From sequence record OY639337.1: DNA of 49,597 bases. The stretch is one strand, 5' to 3'. Source of the stretch: Klebsiella phage vB_KppS-Samwise. Below, one piece after another: positions 18,658 to 27,311 of the stretch (positions within the stretch are counted from its first letter, which is position 1; each line of letters begins with the position of its first letter). Both the position numbers and the translations under genes were made by a program. The notes beneath the pieces were generated by a model, which saw only the letters and a program-made list of their open reading frames with translations, was not told the origin of the DNA and did no database searches.

Positions 18658-18887
18658 GCGAGAAAAGATTAAAACCACTGGCGGCTACACCGGAATGAAA
18701 ACGTCAAGCTGCCACTGACACTAAAAGCGGTTTCCACTGGTTATGGCACGGTTGATGTGAGCATGGCGGAACTTATTCACCACGGCTATGATTTTGCAGC
18801 AGGTCAGGCAGACGAAATCCCGGACTGCGAATCCAACGCTCAAACACTAACTTTCATCATCGGATCAGAGGCGGAGATTGTAGAATG
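18658..18887 (+). pseudogene. Small gene with an apparent single-base frameshift near 18697
   Basis: MREKIKTTGGYTG | NENVKLPLTLKAVSTGYGTVDVSMAELIHHGYDFAAGQADEIPDCESNAQTLTFIIGSEAEIVE* restored by adding one base. Confidence 0.5.
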
Positions 18888-19115
18888 AAATATCAAGTAT
18901 TCAAGGCGGTAGACAAAATCGACGGCGAGCTTTCGCTTTTCATGTTCGACGAGGAAAACAACTACACGGTTATTGACTACTCGCCGGAAATGATGGGGCG
19001 CATGATTCGTGATATCAAGGCTGGCGGCGGTTGCCACTGGAGCGATAACGCAAACGAAACTCCGCGCCGCGACGACATGCTTGATGCAGTTTTAATGTGT
19101 GAGTTTGAAGCATGA
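18885..19115 (+). CDS. Hypothetical protein
   Basis: ORF. Confidence 0.6.
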   Translation: MKYQVFKAVDKIDGELSLFMFDEENNYTVIDYSPEMMGRMIRDIKAGGGCHWSDNANETPRRDDMLDAVLMCEFEA

Positions 19116-19300
19116 AGTGCATCCGGTCAACATACGATCTATTCAAGGCGGGTGAGAGTTACCCGCTCATTGAGAAAGGCCAGGCTGGGCGGTTCACGGT
19201 GTACGAATACACCGACGCGCAAGGTTGGGTTTACACGTTCGGCTTGGACGAGAACGGCGAGAACGAAACAGACGGCAATTTCATTAAATTTACAAAGTAG
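19112..19300 (+). CDS. Hypothetical protein of the recurrent 'AGExY' type
   Basis: LFKAGESYPLIEKGQAGRFTVYEYTDAQGWVYTFG. Confidence 0.6.
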   Translation: MKCIRSTYDLFKAGESYPLIEKGQAGRFTVYEYTDAQGWVYTFGLDENGENETDGNFIKFTK

Positions 19301-19308
19301 TAACAAGA

Positions 19309-19538
19309 TGATTGAGATCAAATTCGATGGCAAGTCTAAGAAATTCAACGGCGTACAGATCCACAAAGACGCAACGCACGCGGTAGCGGGTCGCAATTTC
19401 GGTACTTACTTTAAGCTCAATGGCGAATGGTATTTTACTGTTTTCACTTGCCACGCGCTTAAATGCACGGTTGCTGGTCAGGATTTTGATATCCGCAACC
19501 ACATCAAAGACGACGCAGAAATAACAGAACTAAAATAG
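19309..19538 (+). CDS. Hypothetical protein (MIEIKFDGKSKKFNGVQIHKD...)
   Basis: Internal Met of the 19152 ORF; TAG stop fused to the site. Confidence 0.55.
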
Positions 19539-19579
19539 CACTTTTTGCTAAAGACTTTCCGCGAGGCCATTGATATAGT
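19536..19579 (+). promoter_or_regulatory. Site TAGCACTTTTTGCTA + N23 + TATAGT; GAGGCCA/TGGCCTC brackets the -10
   Basis: Direct reading. Confidence 0.7.
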
Positions 19580-19956
19580 GGCCTCATTGAAAGCAACCAC
19601 GCAAACAGGAGATAAAAATGCGTAACTTTGAGAAAATCCGCACCAACAAAGACCGCCGTGCCGCTGGTGAGATTGTAGATTCACACCGTCGCCGCAAGAA
19701 AACCCAAAAACGCGGGAGTGCGGCAAAGCGCATGGATTGTGAACAGCTTCAAACAAACTATAAGGTAGGACGATAATGATCACACTACAGGAGCACAGCG
19801 AGTTAAGCGGCAAGACGGCGGAATACCTGCGAAAGCTTGCCGATGATATCGAAAGCGGAAAGGTGTGCGTTGACCGCATGACCATCGAAACATCAATCGA
19901 ATGGTTTAAGATCGAGAAGCGCGAAATCATAATCAACACGATAGAGGCAACTGACA

Positions 19957-20526
19957 ATGAGTAAAAAGGTTATCATCCTCAACGCGCCGCCAGGCGCTGG
20001 CAAAGATACGATTGGCAGCCTGATCTGCAAGCACGCGCCGCAATATGTTGTTAAGCGCTCATTCAAAGAGCCGATGTTTAAGATCGCAAAGGCCATGTTG
20101 GGCGATTATCGTTTCGGCCTGTTTATGCAAGCGTATGACGACAGGGAGCAGAAAGAAAGAGCGCAATCTTTCCTGAATGGTAAATCACCTCGCCAGTTTA
20201 TGATCTGGATTAGCGAGGACGTGATAAAACCTCAATTTGGGGATCAGTATTTTGGCGTGGTAATGGCTGAGGCCGTGCGAGATAGCCAGGTTCCGGTTGT
20301 CATTACTGACGGCGGTTTCCCCGATGAAGTTAAACCACTGGTCAGTGCTGGGATTCAGGTAAACATTTGCCGCCTACACCGTGACGGATACACGTTTGCC
20401 GGAGATAGCAGGGATTATCTCAATCTTGAGGGCTACCATCACCGCATCGTGACGCGAGATTACATCCTGGTAAATGGCGATCCGATGCATACAATGATTC
20501 AGATCTGTGAGGATATTTTGGAATGA
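19957..20526 (+). CDS. Deoxynucleoside monophosphate kinase-like protein
   Basis: VIILNAPPGAGKDTIGSLI P-loop; KAMLGDYR...; VVITDGGFPDEV. Confidence 0.75.
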   Translation: MSKKVIILNAPPGAGKDTIGSLICKHAPQYVVKRSFKEPMFKIAKAMLGDYRFGLFMQAYDDREQKERAQSFLNGKSPRQFMIWISEDVIKPQFGDQYFGVVMAEAVRDSQVPVVITDGGFPDEVKPLVSAGIQVNICRLHRDGYTFAGDSRDYLNLEGYHHRIVTRDYILVNGDPMHTMIQICEDILE

Positions 20527-20626
20527 TAACCACACCGAACGATCCAAAAGAGCCGTTTGACTTCCACAAGGCCGCCGTTATCGGCCTTACAATCCTAACT
20601 GTCATTTACACTGTACGAGGTATTTT

Positions 20627-20824
20627 ATGGCTGTTAACACACTAAAACGAATTGGCGTTATCATGCTAATTATCGGAGGGTCATTGCTAACAGAGCCAGG
20701 TTTTGCAAACACGTCTGGAAGTATGGCGCTGTTAATCGGCGGTCTTATTGGCGGCTACATGGACGGCGTGAAGGCTGGACGGCGTGAGGCGTTCGGCGGC
20801 GAAGATAAAAATCCGATCAAATAG
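20627..20824 (+). CDS. Small membrane protein
   Basis: IGVIMLIIGGSLLTEPGF...MALLIGGLIGGYM hydrophobic segments; TAG stop in the site. Confidence 0.6.
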   Translation: MAVNTLKRIGVIMLIIGGSLLTEPGFANTSGSMALLIGGLIGGYMDGVKAGRREAFGGEDKNPIK

Positions 20825-20864
20825 CACGAATTGCTAAAACTTCCGCGAGGGTATTTGGTAAAGT
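20822..20864 (+). promoter_or_regulatory. Site TAGCACGAATTGCTA + N22 + TAAAGT
   Basis: Direct reading; GAGG/CCTC with wobble extension brackets the -10. Confidence 0.65.
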
Positions 20865-20905
20865 GTCCTCATTGAAGCAAAGCAACCAATCAAGGAGATA
20901 ACGAA

Positions 20906-21184
20906 ATGGCTACTATCCGCAAACACCTGGTAAACGCATTCGAGAATGTTGGCGAGCGCTACGGCTGGGATGATGGACTGAAAACACCGTACACGGCACG
21001 CCGTCAAGGTTTCAACTCACTGCGCGAGTGGGCGCGTTTCATGGCGGCTAATTACATGCCGGAGAACTGGCAACTCATGCCTGACTCACTGCGCGAAATG
21101 ATCGAAGATGCACAGGCGGCAGGTGTGCCACTCACTCAGCATGATTTTGACGACTACGCAGAGGAAGAAATTTTATGCTGGTGA
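20906..21184 (+). CDS. Hypothetical protein
   Basis: ORF preceded by AAGGAG. Confidence 0.65.
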   Translation: MATIRKHLVNAFENVGERYGWDDGLKTPYTARRQGFNSLREWARFMAANYMPENWQLMPDSLREMIEDAQAAGVPLTQHDFDDYAEEEILCW

Positions 21185-21364
21185 AAATCCTCACTGATTA
21201 TGAGGACTCGCCGTGGATAGCGGCGGTAAGATTTACGAGGCGGCATTGGTCAAAACAGGCCGCTACGCAGGAACGTATAAGTTTATTGGGGAGTTAGGAT
21301 CCCCGTGCTACACAAGGCTTGAGCGTTCAATTCACATCGGCGGCAAAGATTGGGAGATTGTAAA

Positions 21365-21817
21365 ATGAAGTATTATGTTCGTCCTACTGTAAGCGGTGAA
21401 AACTTTACTGCTGGCAAGCTCTACGAGATCCAGCATGGTTTCGGCGGCGGTCGCGTTGTTGTGCTCAACGATGCAAAAGAGGAAATCATTGTGCGGTGCG
21501 ATGGTGTTGTGTCCTCCCGCCTGAACTGGAGCGGCAAGTTTGAGCGCGTGAGCATTCCAGACGAAAAGGAGGCCATTGAATATGCAGTTAGCTTTGGAGT
21601 GTTTGACGGGTTGGGATTGCAGCGCATGAAGATCAAGAAGGAAGCTATCAGCGACGGGCAAATCTACGCAAGCGCATCGCCTCGCAACGAGTATGTCGAA
21701 GTGCTGGAGAAGCTGCGTGAAATCCTGCGCGTGCCGGAAGGTGAGAATATCCTGACTCATGCGAAAGTTGTGCGCGTGCTGGCTGATGTGTTAATCAACC
21801 TCCAGAAAACGAAATAG
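21365..21817 (+). CDS. Hypothetical protein (MKYYVRPTVSGENFTAGKLYEIQHG...)
   Basis: ORF, internal Met; TAG stop in the site. Confidence 0.6.
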   Translation: MKYYVRPTVSGENFTAGKLYEIQHGFGGGRVVVLNDAKEEIIVRCDGVVSSRLNWSGKFERVSIPDEKEAIEYAVSFGVFDGLGLQRMKIKKEAISDGQIYASASPRNEYVEVLEKLREILRVPEGENILTHAKVVRVLADVLINLQKTK

Positions 21818-21857
21818 CACTTTTTGCTAAAACTAAGATGGGGTAGGCTGGTATAGT
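21815..21857 (+). promoter_or_regulatory. Site TAGCACTTTTTGCTA + N22 + TATAGT; perfect 9-bp GATGGGGTA/TACCCCATC brackets the -10
   Basis: Direct reading. Confidence 0.75.
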
Positions 21858-21888
21858 TACCCCATCGAAACGAAACGGAGACGCCAAA

Positions 21889-22101
21889 ATGAAAATTCGC
21901 ATCACCAAAATCGACACCATCAACGGCGACGGCTCAATCACCCTTGAGGAGTGCGGCCTTAAAATCGGTGACGTTCTTGAGGTTGACGGACATTTCAACG
22001 ATGGATCTTATTGCGTTATTGCTCCGCGTAACAGTGGGTTTATCCAGGCTGGTGACAATATCAGCGTAAACAAAGACGAGTGCGAGGTTGTAGAAGAATG
22101 A
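21889..22101 (+). CDS. Hypothetical small protein
   Basis: ORF after CGAAACGAAACGGAG leader. Confidence 0.6.
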   Translation: MKIRITKIDTINGDGSITLEECGLKIGDVLEVDGHFNDGSYCVIAPRNSGFIQAGDNISVNKDECEVVEE

Positions 22102-22334
22102 TCACGATTAACCTTTCAGACGAGCAAGCGCGTGAATTGCTGAAAGCTACCGGATGGGGCGACATGACGCCCCGCCACCTTGAAATCGAGATTTTCCGGC
22201 AACTGGAAAACAAGCTCACACCGCCAAGCAATGAGCAAGCTGCGATTGCGGCATGGCGAGCGGAAAACGGCTACACAGCCGAGGTTATCGAAAACTGGAA
22301 GCGCAAGCATGAGACAATGGAGGGTTTTGAATGA
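22098..22334 (+). CDS. Hypothetical protein (MITINLSDEQARELLKATGWGD...)
   Basis: Internal Met of ORF 22080. Confidence 0.55.
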   Translation: MITINLSDEQARELLKATGWGDMTPRHLEIEIFRQLENKLTPPSNEQAAIAAWRAENGYTAEVIENWKRKHETMEGFE

Positions 22335-22645
22335 TTTTTGTACACACCTACAAGATCGGAACGAACGAGAACAAGAAAGAGCGCCGCGCTCTTTGGGATA
22401 CTGAGGAGAAAGCGCTTGCGCAGCAGCGAGTTTTAGGTGGGGTTGTTCAGGCGTTTGTTTCAGTGGAGGACATTGATACATGCGCCCACGTAGCAGCGAG
22501 CGAAATCTCAGAGAAGTTTGACGAGATCGCAAGTCGCCAGCTTCACATAAGTGAGCCACTAATGCACCACAAGAGAGAGCTAATGAGCAAGGTTCGCAAG
22601 ATTGTGCGCGGCGAGTTCGATAGCGAAACTGGCCTTTGGAAATAA
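22331..22645 (+). CDS. Hypothetical protein
   Basis: ORF with 4-nt overlap. Confidence 0.6.
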   Translation: MIFVHTYKIGTNENKKERRALWDTEEKALAQQRVLGGVVQAFVSVEDIDTCAHVAASEISEKFDEIASRQLHISEPLMHHKRELMSKVRKIVRGEFDSETGLWK

Positions 22646-22845
22646 ATTAAAATTCGATAGTGTTTAAAGCGCCTCAGAGCGATTCTAAGAGGCGCAAAAA
22701 TTGGAGGTATGACTGCATGGATAACTACGAAAACCTTCTCAGTGGTGCGCACGCAAGCAGGAGGAGGCGCTTGAGAACGGAGACCAGGAAGCAGCTTTAA
22801 ACTATTTTCAGATGTTCCAACTTTGGCAGAGCAGAGGGCTATAAA

Positions 22846-23076
22846 ATGTTCGGATTGAACGAGGCAGAATTCAACATCGTCAAGCGTGCAGCAAAAGATT
22901 GCGTAAACGAGATCGCTGATCGCATTGAGCAGAAGGACGAGAAATATGATCGCATCGCTGCGGGTATTATCTGCAAATACTATCAGCCGATTAGCACTCT
23001 GCTAACGAAAACGCAGTTTATATGGCTCGCCGGATATCTGCGCGGGCGCTGGGGAAAGAATTTTGACCGCGAATGA
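22846..23076 (+). CDS. Hypothetical protein
   Basis: ORF. Confidence 0.55.
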   Translation: MFGLNEAEFNIVKRAAKDCVNEIADRIEQKDEKYDRIAAGIICKYYQPISTLLTKTQFIWLAGYLRGRWGKNFDRE

Positions 23077-23166
23077 TTGACGCCACGGCTCTGATTGGTT
23101 AACCTAAGCCACGTAAACATAAGAGGCTAAAACGAGCAACGCGCCAGGCGATGCTGGCAACTACAG

Positions 23167-23206
23167 CGCCGCGCTGGTTATTCAACCGTAAGACGCGGCG
23201 TTTTTT
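23167..23206 (+). terminator. Terminator-like hairpin with nested GGTT-attc-AACC stem
   Basis: CGCCGCG...CGCGGCG + T6. Confidence 0.6.
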
Positions 23207-23793
23207 AACAGGAGAAAGCAATGAAACGATATCCAGAAGAAACATCCAAAGTGACCATCATCGTAGAGCGAAACGGCGTTAAGACTCGCTACAAGAAACG
23301 ATTCAAGAAAGGCGAAGCGATGTTAGGCCGAATCTCTGACTTCATGATCAAGATTCAAGAGGATAAGCCAGATGAAGTGGAAGGTTAAGCTGACCATCCG
23401 GCGAATGGGGCGACAGTGCCGCTCCTGCAAGCAAGTTTTTGAATGCGAAGTTTCAGCTTCAAGCGAGGTAGAGGCGGCGCAGTTTGCAAAAGAGCTTTCT
23501 GGAGCAGATCCAGAAACACATAAATTTTCAATCGACTATTTAAGGAGCTTATCATGATCTTAGGTTTTGTAATTGGATTCATTGCCGCTATCGTTATGGT
23601 TTTGGTTGTTGGTGGCGCTGCGCAGAAATACGCAATCAAAAAAGGCTGGTACGCCTCCGCGATCTGGATTGAGAAAGATAAGCGCTGGAAAGTGCGCGGT
23701 CGATTCCTCAGTGTGGCATCAAAGATTCACTCTGGAATCCTGGAAGAATACCGCTCAGGACGGAAAACCGTCAAATACGTAGAATAACCGAAG

Positions 23794-23830
23794 CCCCGCG
23801 TTTGCGGGGTTTTTTTGTGCCTGTTATAAT
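23794..23830 (+). promoter_or_regulatory. Terminator CCCCGC-gttt-GCGGGG-T7 overlapping promoter TTGCGG-N17-TATAAT for terminase genes
   Basis: Direct reading. Confidence 0.7.
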
Positions 23831-23857
23831 TGGCCTCCAACAAGAGGAGGATTAACC

Positions 23858-24388
23858 ATGAGCAGAGAAGAAAAACAAAAGCCCTTCACGGCTTACAACT
23901 TCAAGAAGCTATATAACAAGCAATATGGCGACATTGCCACTCTAGGCAAGCAACACCGATACACGCCGGAGCAGGTTTTCAACCTTGCGATCAAATACTT
24001 TGAGTGGGCTGAGTCCAACGCGCTTAAGGCGGCTGAATCTTCATCTTTCCAGGGGCGCACTTACCAGGACGAGGTAAACAAGCCGCGCGTTTTCACATTC
24101 AACGGTTTGCGCCTGTTTTGCGGCTGGTCGCGCTGCGCAATGGAGAAATGGAAGAAAGAGCCTGGCTTCTCTGAGGTCATGGAGTTTATCGAATCCGTGA
24201 TCTATGAGCAGAAATTCCAGCTTGCGGCTAACGGCGTGATTAACGCTGCATTCATCGCCAAAGACTTGGGAGTTGACCAGCCGACGCAAATCAACGTTAG
24301 CGCAAACTCCGAGTCAAGCGCTGCAATCGCAGAGGTTGGGGCTGATGAAGTGCGCGAGGCGGTTCGTGATATCCTGGCGGAGATCTGA
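23858..24388 (+). CDS. Terminase small subunit
   Basis: Position directly upstream of the large subunit; helical DNA-binding type N-terminus. Confidence 0.75.
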   Translation: MSREEKQKPFTAYNFKKLYNKQYGDIATLGKQHRYTPEQVFNLAIKYFEWAESNALKAAESSSFQGRTYQDEVNKPRVFTFNGLRLFCGWSRCAMEKWKKEPGFSEVMEFIESVIYEQKFQLAANGVINAAFIAKDLGVDQPTQINVSANSESSAAIAEVGADEVREAVRDILAEI

Positions 24389-24390
24389 TT

Positions 24391-25962
24391 ATGCTGATAT
24401 GGGAAGATTTAACAGTGGCGCAGAAACGCGCCATTAAAGAAATGAGCGAATACTCTTTTGAGAAGATGATCCGAATCTGGTTCCAGTTGCTACAGGGTCA
24501 GAAATTCCTGGGTAACTGGCATTTCAGTTATTTGTGTCACGAGGTGGAGAAAATCATTTCCGGCGAGTCGCAAAACGTGATCTTTAACATCACGCCAGGC
24601 TCAGGTAAGACTGAGGTTTTTTCGATCCATATGTCACCTTACGCGTCACTGAAAAGTAAGAAAGTAAGAAACCTCAACCTGTCATTCTCTGATGGACTTG
24701 TCCAGCAGAACAGCAACAGGATTAAGGAAATTATAGGCTCTCAAGAGTGGCAAGAGTTATGGCCTGGTAAGCTGGCAAAGGCGAGCGCTAAAGATCTGAT
24801 TGTTCAGGACGGCAACGGCAAGGTTAAATTGCAGGTCAACTCTCGCTCCATCGGCGGCCAGGTAACGGGTTTGCGTGGCGGCTACATGGATGATGGATTT
24901 ACCGGAATGTTGGTACTTGACGATCCAGATAAGCCTGACGACATGTTTTCAAAAGTGCGGCGCGAAGCGATTCACAACCGCCTAAAAAACACCGTCCGAT
25001 CTCGTCGAATGAAGGACACAACGCCTATCGTGATGGTTCAGCAGCGGCTACACGTCAACGATTCGACGTGGTTTATGACGAGCGGCGGTATGGGCGGCAT
25101 TGAGTTTAAAGTTGTGAGCATTCCGGCGCTGGTTACGAAAGAGTATGGCGATTCGCTCCCTGATTGGTTAAAACCAGAGTTTGAGCGTGACGTGCTGAAT
25201 AGCGAACCAGTTTACATTGACGGCGTAGCACACTATTCATTCTGGCCTGCAAAGGAGAGTGCAAAGGACTTGCTCGCGCTACGCGAAGCGGATCCGTATA
25301 CTTTTGCGTCTCAGTACCAGCAGCAGCCAATAGCGCTGGGTGGCAACGTATTCAAGGTGGATTGGTTCCAGTTTTACGGAGACGGAGAGAAATGCACGCT
25401 ACCGAAACCGGATCGCTTTGAATATACGTTTATCACTGGCGATACGGCGCAGAAAGCCGGAGAGCTTAACGACTACTCTGTTTTCTGTTATTGGGGAATG
25501 TTCAAGAATCGCGTTTACTTTATCGACGGAATCCGTGGAAAGTGGGAGGCTCCAGATCTTGAAACCAATTTCAAGGCGTTTGTCAATCAGTGCTGGAAGC
25601 GTAATAAAGAGTGCGGAAGCTTGCGACGGATCCACATAGAGGACAAAGCGAGCGGTACGGGTCTGATTCAGGGGGCGCAAAAGAGCTTGCCTATTGATAT
25701 AAATCCCGTTCAGCGTAGCACGGACAAAGTTACCCGCGCAATGGATGCCGCCCCAGTTATGCGAGCCGGACGCGTTGCGCTGCCAGAGAGTCACCCGATG
25801 TTAAACGAGATTCTCGCAGAGGTAGCAGCTTTCACTTTCGACGACTCGCACCCGAACGACGATATCGTAGATAACATCGTTGATGCGGTTAACGTTGAAA
25901 TGAACCTGGCAGACGATCCAGTAGCACGAATGAAAAAGCTTGCTGGGCTACGTAAGAAATAG
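24391..25962 (+). CDS. Terminase large subunit
   Basis: NITPGSGKTEVFSIH Walker A; GMLVLDDPDKP Walker B-like; FITGDTAQKAGELNDYS nuclease region. Confidence 0.9.
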   Translation: MLIWEDLTVAQKRAIKEMSEYSFEKMIRIWFQLLQGQKFLGNWHFSYLCHEVEKIISGESQNVIFNITPGSGKTEVFSIHMSPYASLKSKKVRNLNLSFSDGLVQQNSNRIKEIIGSQEWQELWPGKLAKASAKDLIVQDGNGKVKLQVNSRSIGGQVTGLRGGYMDDGFTGMLVLDDPDKPDDMFSKVRREAIHNRLKNTVRSRRMKDTTPIVMVQQRLHVNDSTWFMTSGGMGGIEFKVVSIPALVTKEYGDSLPDWLKPEFERDVLNSEPVYIDGVAHYSFWPAKESAKDLLALREADPYTFASQYQQQPIALGGNVFKVDWFQFYGDGEKCTLPKPDRFEYTFITGDTAQKAGELNDYSVFCYWGMFKNRVYFIDGIRGKWEAPDLETNFKAFVNQCWKRNKECGSLRRIHIEDKASGTGLIQGAQKSLPIDINPVQRSTDKVTRAMDAAPVMRAGRVALPESHPMLNEILAEVAAFTFDDSHPNDDIVDNIVDAVNVEMNLADDPVARMKKLAGLRKK

Positions 25963-25988
25963 CACGAATTGCTAAAAGCGTGTACAAT
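25960..25988 (+). promoter_or_regulatory. Site TAGCACGAATTGCTA (25960-25974) placed in the -35/spacer of a TACAAT -10, directly before a terminator
   Basis: TAGCAC-N17-TACAAT. Confidence 0.5.
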
Positions 25989-25989
25989 A

Positions 25990-26015
25990 AAGGCTGGACT
26001 TTTCCAGCCTTTTTT
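25990..26015 (+). terminator. Intrinsic terminator between large terminase and portal genes
   Basis: AAGGCTGGA-cttt-TCCAGCCTTTTTTA. Confidence 0.7.
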
Positions 26016-26033
26016 ATTATGGGAGATCAGATA

Positions 26034-27308
26034 ATGACCGAGAAAACAAAACTCGTTAAGGCTGACGGCTACAACGAGATCTTTAAGGGAGAGCAGCGAG
26101 TAGAGACGCCATTTTATATGCAGGGCGGCGTTGCAAAACAAAGTCTTGCAACATTCTACGAGCGTGACGGTATGGCAAAGCGAATCATCGACGTGATCCC
26201 GGAGGACATGGTTACGCCAGGCTTTAACGTTGACGGCGTGAAAGACGAGGCAGCATTCCGCTCTTTGTGGGATGAAAAGAAGCTAAACGCTAAAATCATT
26301 GACGCGCTTTGCTGGTCGCGCTTGTTTGGCGGCTCCGCTATTGTCGCAGTTATCAACGATGGGCGCATGTTGAAATCTCCAGTTAAAGAGGGAGCGCCAC
26401 TTGAAGATATTCGCGTTTATGACCGATTCCAGATCCGAGTTGAGAAGCGGGAAACAAACGCGCGTAGCGTGCGCTACGGCGAGCCTGTTTTGTACACCAT
26501 CATGCCAGGCGGCGAGATTCCAGAGTATCAGGTGCATTACACGCGAATCTGCATCATTGACGGAGAGCGCTTGCCTAACGAGCAGCGCCGGAAAAATGAT
26601 GGTTGGGGTGCGTCAGTCCTCAACAAGAAGCTGATCGAAGCAATCCACGATTACAACTATTGTGAGGAGTTAGCAACTCAGCTTTTACGACGCAAGCAGC
26701 AAGCAGTTTGGAAAGCTAAAGGACTCGCGGATTTGTGCGACGATGAAGAAGGTGTTTCGGCGGCGCGGCTGCGATTGGCTCAGGTTGACGACGAGGGCGG
26801 CGTTGGTCGGGCAATCGGCATTGACGCAACAGACGAGGAATATGAGGTGCTTAACTCTGATATTTCCGGCGTAGACAATTTCCTTGAGAAGAAAATGGAT
26901 CGCATCGTTTCGCTTACTGGCATCCATGAAATCATCTTGAAGAACAAAAACACCGGAGGCGTTAGCGCAAGCCAAAACACCGCGCTTGATACATATCACA
27001 AGCTAATTGAGCGCAAGCGCAAAGAGGACTACAAGCCGATCCTGGAGTTCCTCTTGCCATTCATGATCGCAGAGCAAGAATGGTCTATTTCGTTTGATCC
27101 GCTTTCGGTTCCAAGCAGCAAAGACCAGGCTGAGATCTTGAATAAAAACATTGAATCGATCAGTAAGGCGATTGAAGGTCAGTTTATGGATGTTGAGGAA
27201 GGACGCGACACATTGCGATCTATCGCTCCGTCTCTTAAACTGAAAGACGGAAACAAAATCAAGCTACCGGAGCCGGAGCAGGAGCCGGAGCCAGGAACGG
27301 AGGTTTAA
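26034..27308 (+). CDS. Portal protein (DUF1073-like)
   Basis: YERDGMAKRIIDVIPEDMVTPGF; SGVDNFLEKKMDRIVSLTGIHEIILKNKNTGGVSAS. Confidence 0.85.
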   Translation: MTEKTKLVKADGYNEIFKGEQRVETPFYMQGGVAKQSLATFYERDGMAKRIIDVIPEDMVTPGFNVDGVKDEAAFRSLWDEKKLNAKIIDALCWSRLFGGSAIVAVINDGRMLKSPVKEGAPLEDIRVYDRFQIRVEKRETNARSVRYGEPVLYTIMPGGEIPEYQVHYTRICIIDGERLPNEQRRKNDGWGASVLNKKLIEAIHDYNYCEELATQLLRRKQQAVWKAKGLADLCDDEEGVSAARLRLAQVDDEGGVGRAIGIDATDEEYEVLNSDISGVDNFLEKKMDRIVSLTGIHEIILKNKNTGGVSASQNTALDTYHKLIERKRKEDYKPILEFLLPFMIAEQEWSISFDPLSVPSSKDQAEILNKNIESISKAIEGQFMDVEEGRDTLRSIAPSLKLKDGNKIKLPEPEQEPEPGTEV

Positions 27309-27311
27309 TCC

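Noticed and set aside
23100-23200. Possible tRNA because of GGTTATTCAACC near the end.
   Set aside because: No GTTCRANNC loop, no acceptor stem, and the arms form a terminator instead.
25921-25940. TAGCACGAATGAAAAAGC inside the terminase gene looks like another site.
   Set aside because: Only the left half matches, the right arm is absent and it is coding; probably coincidental.
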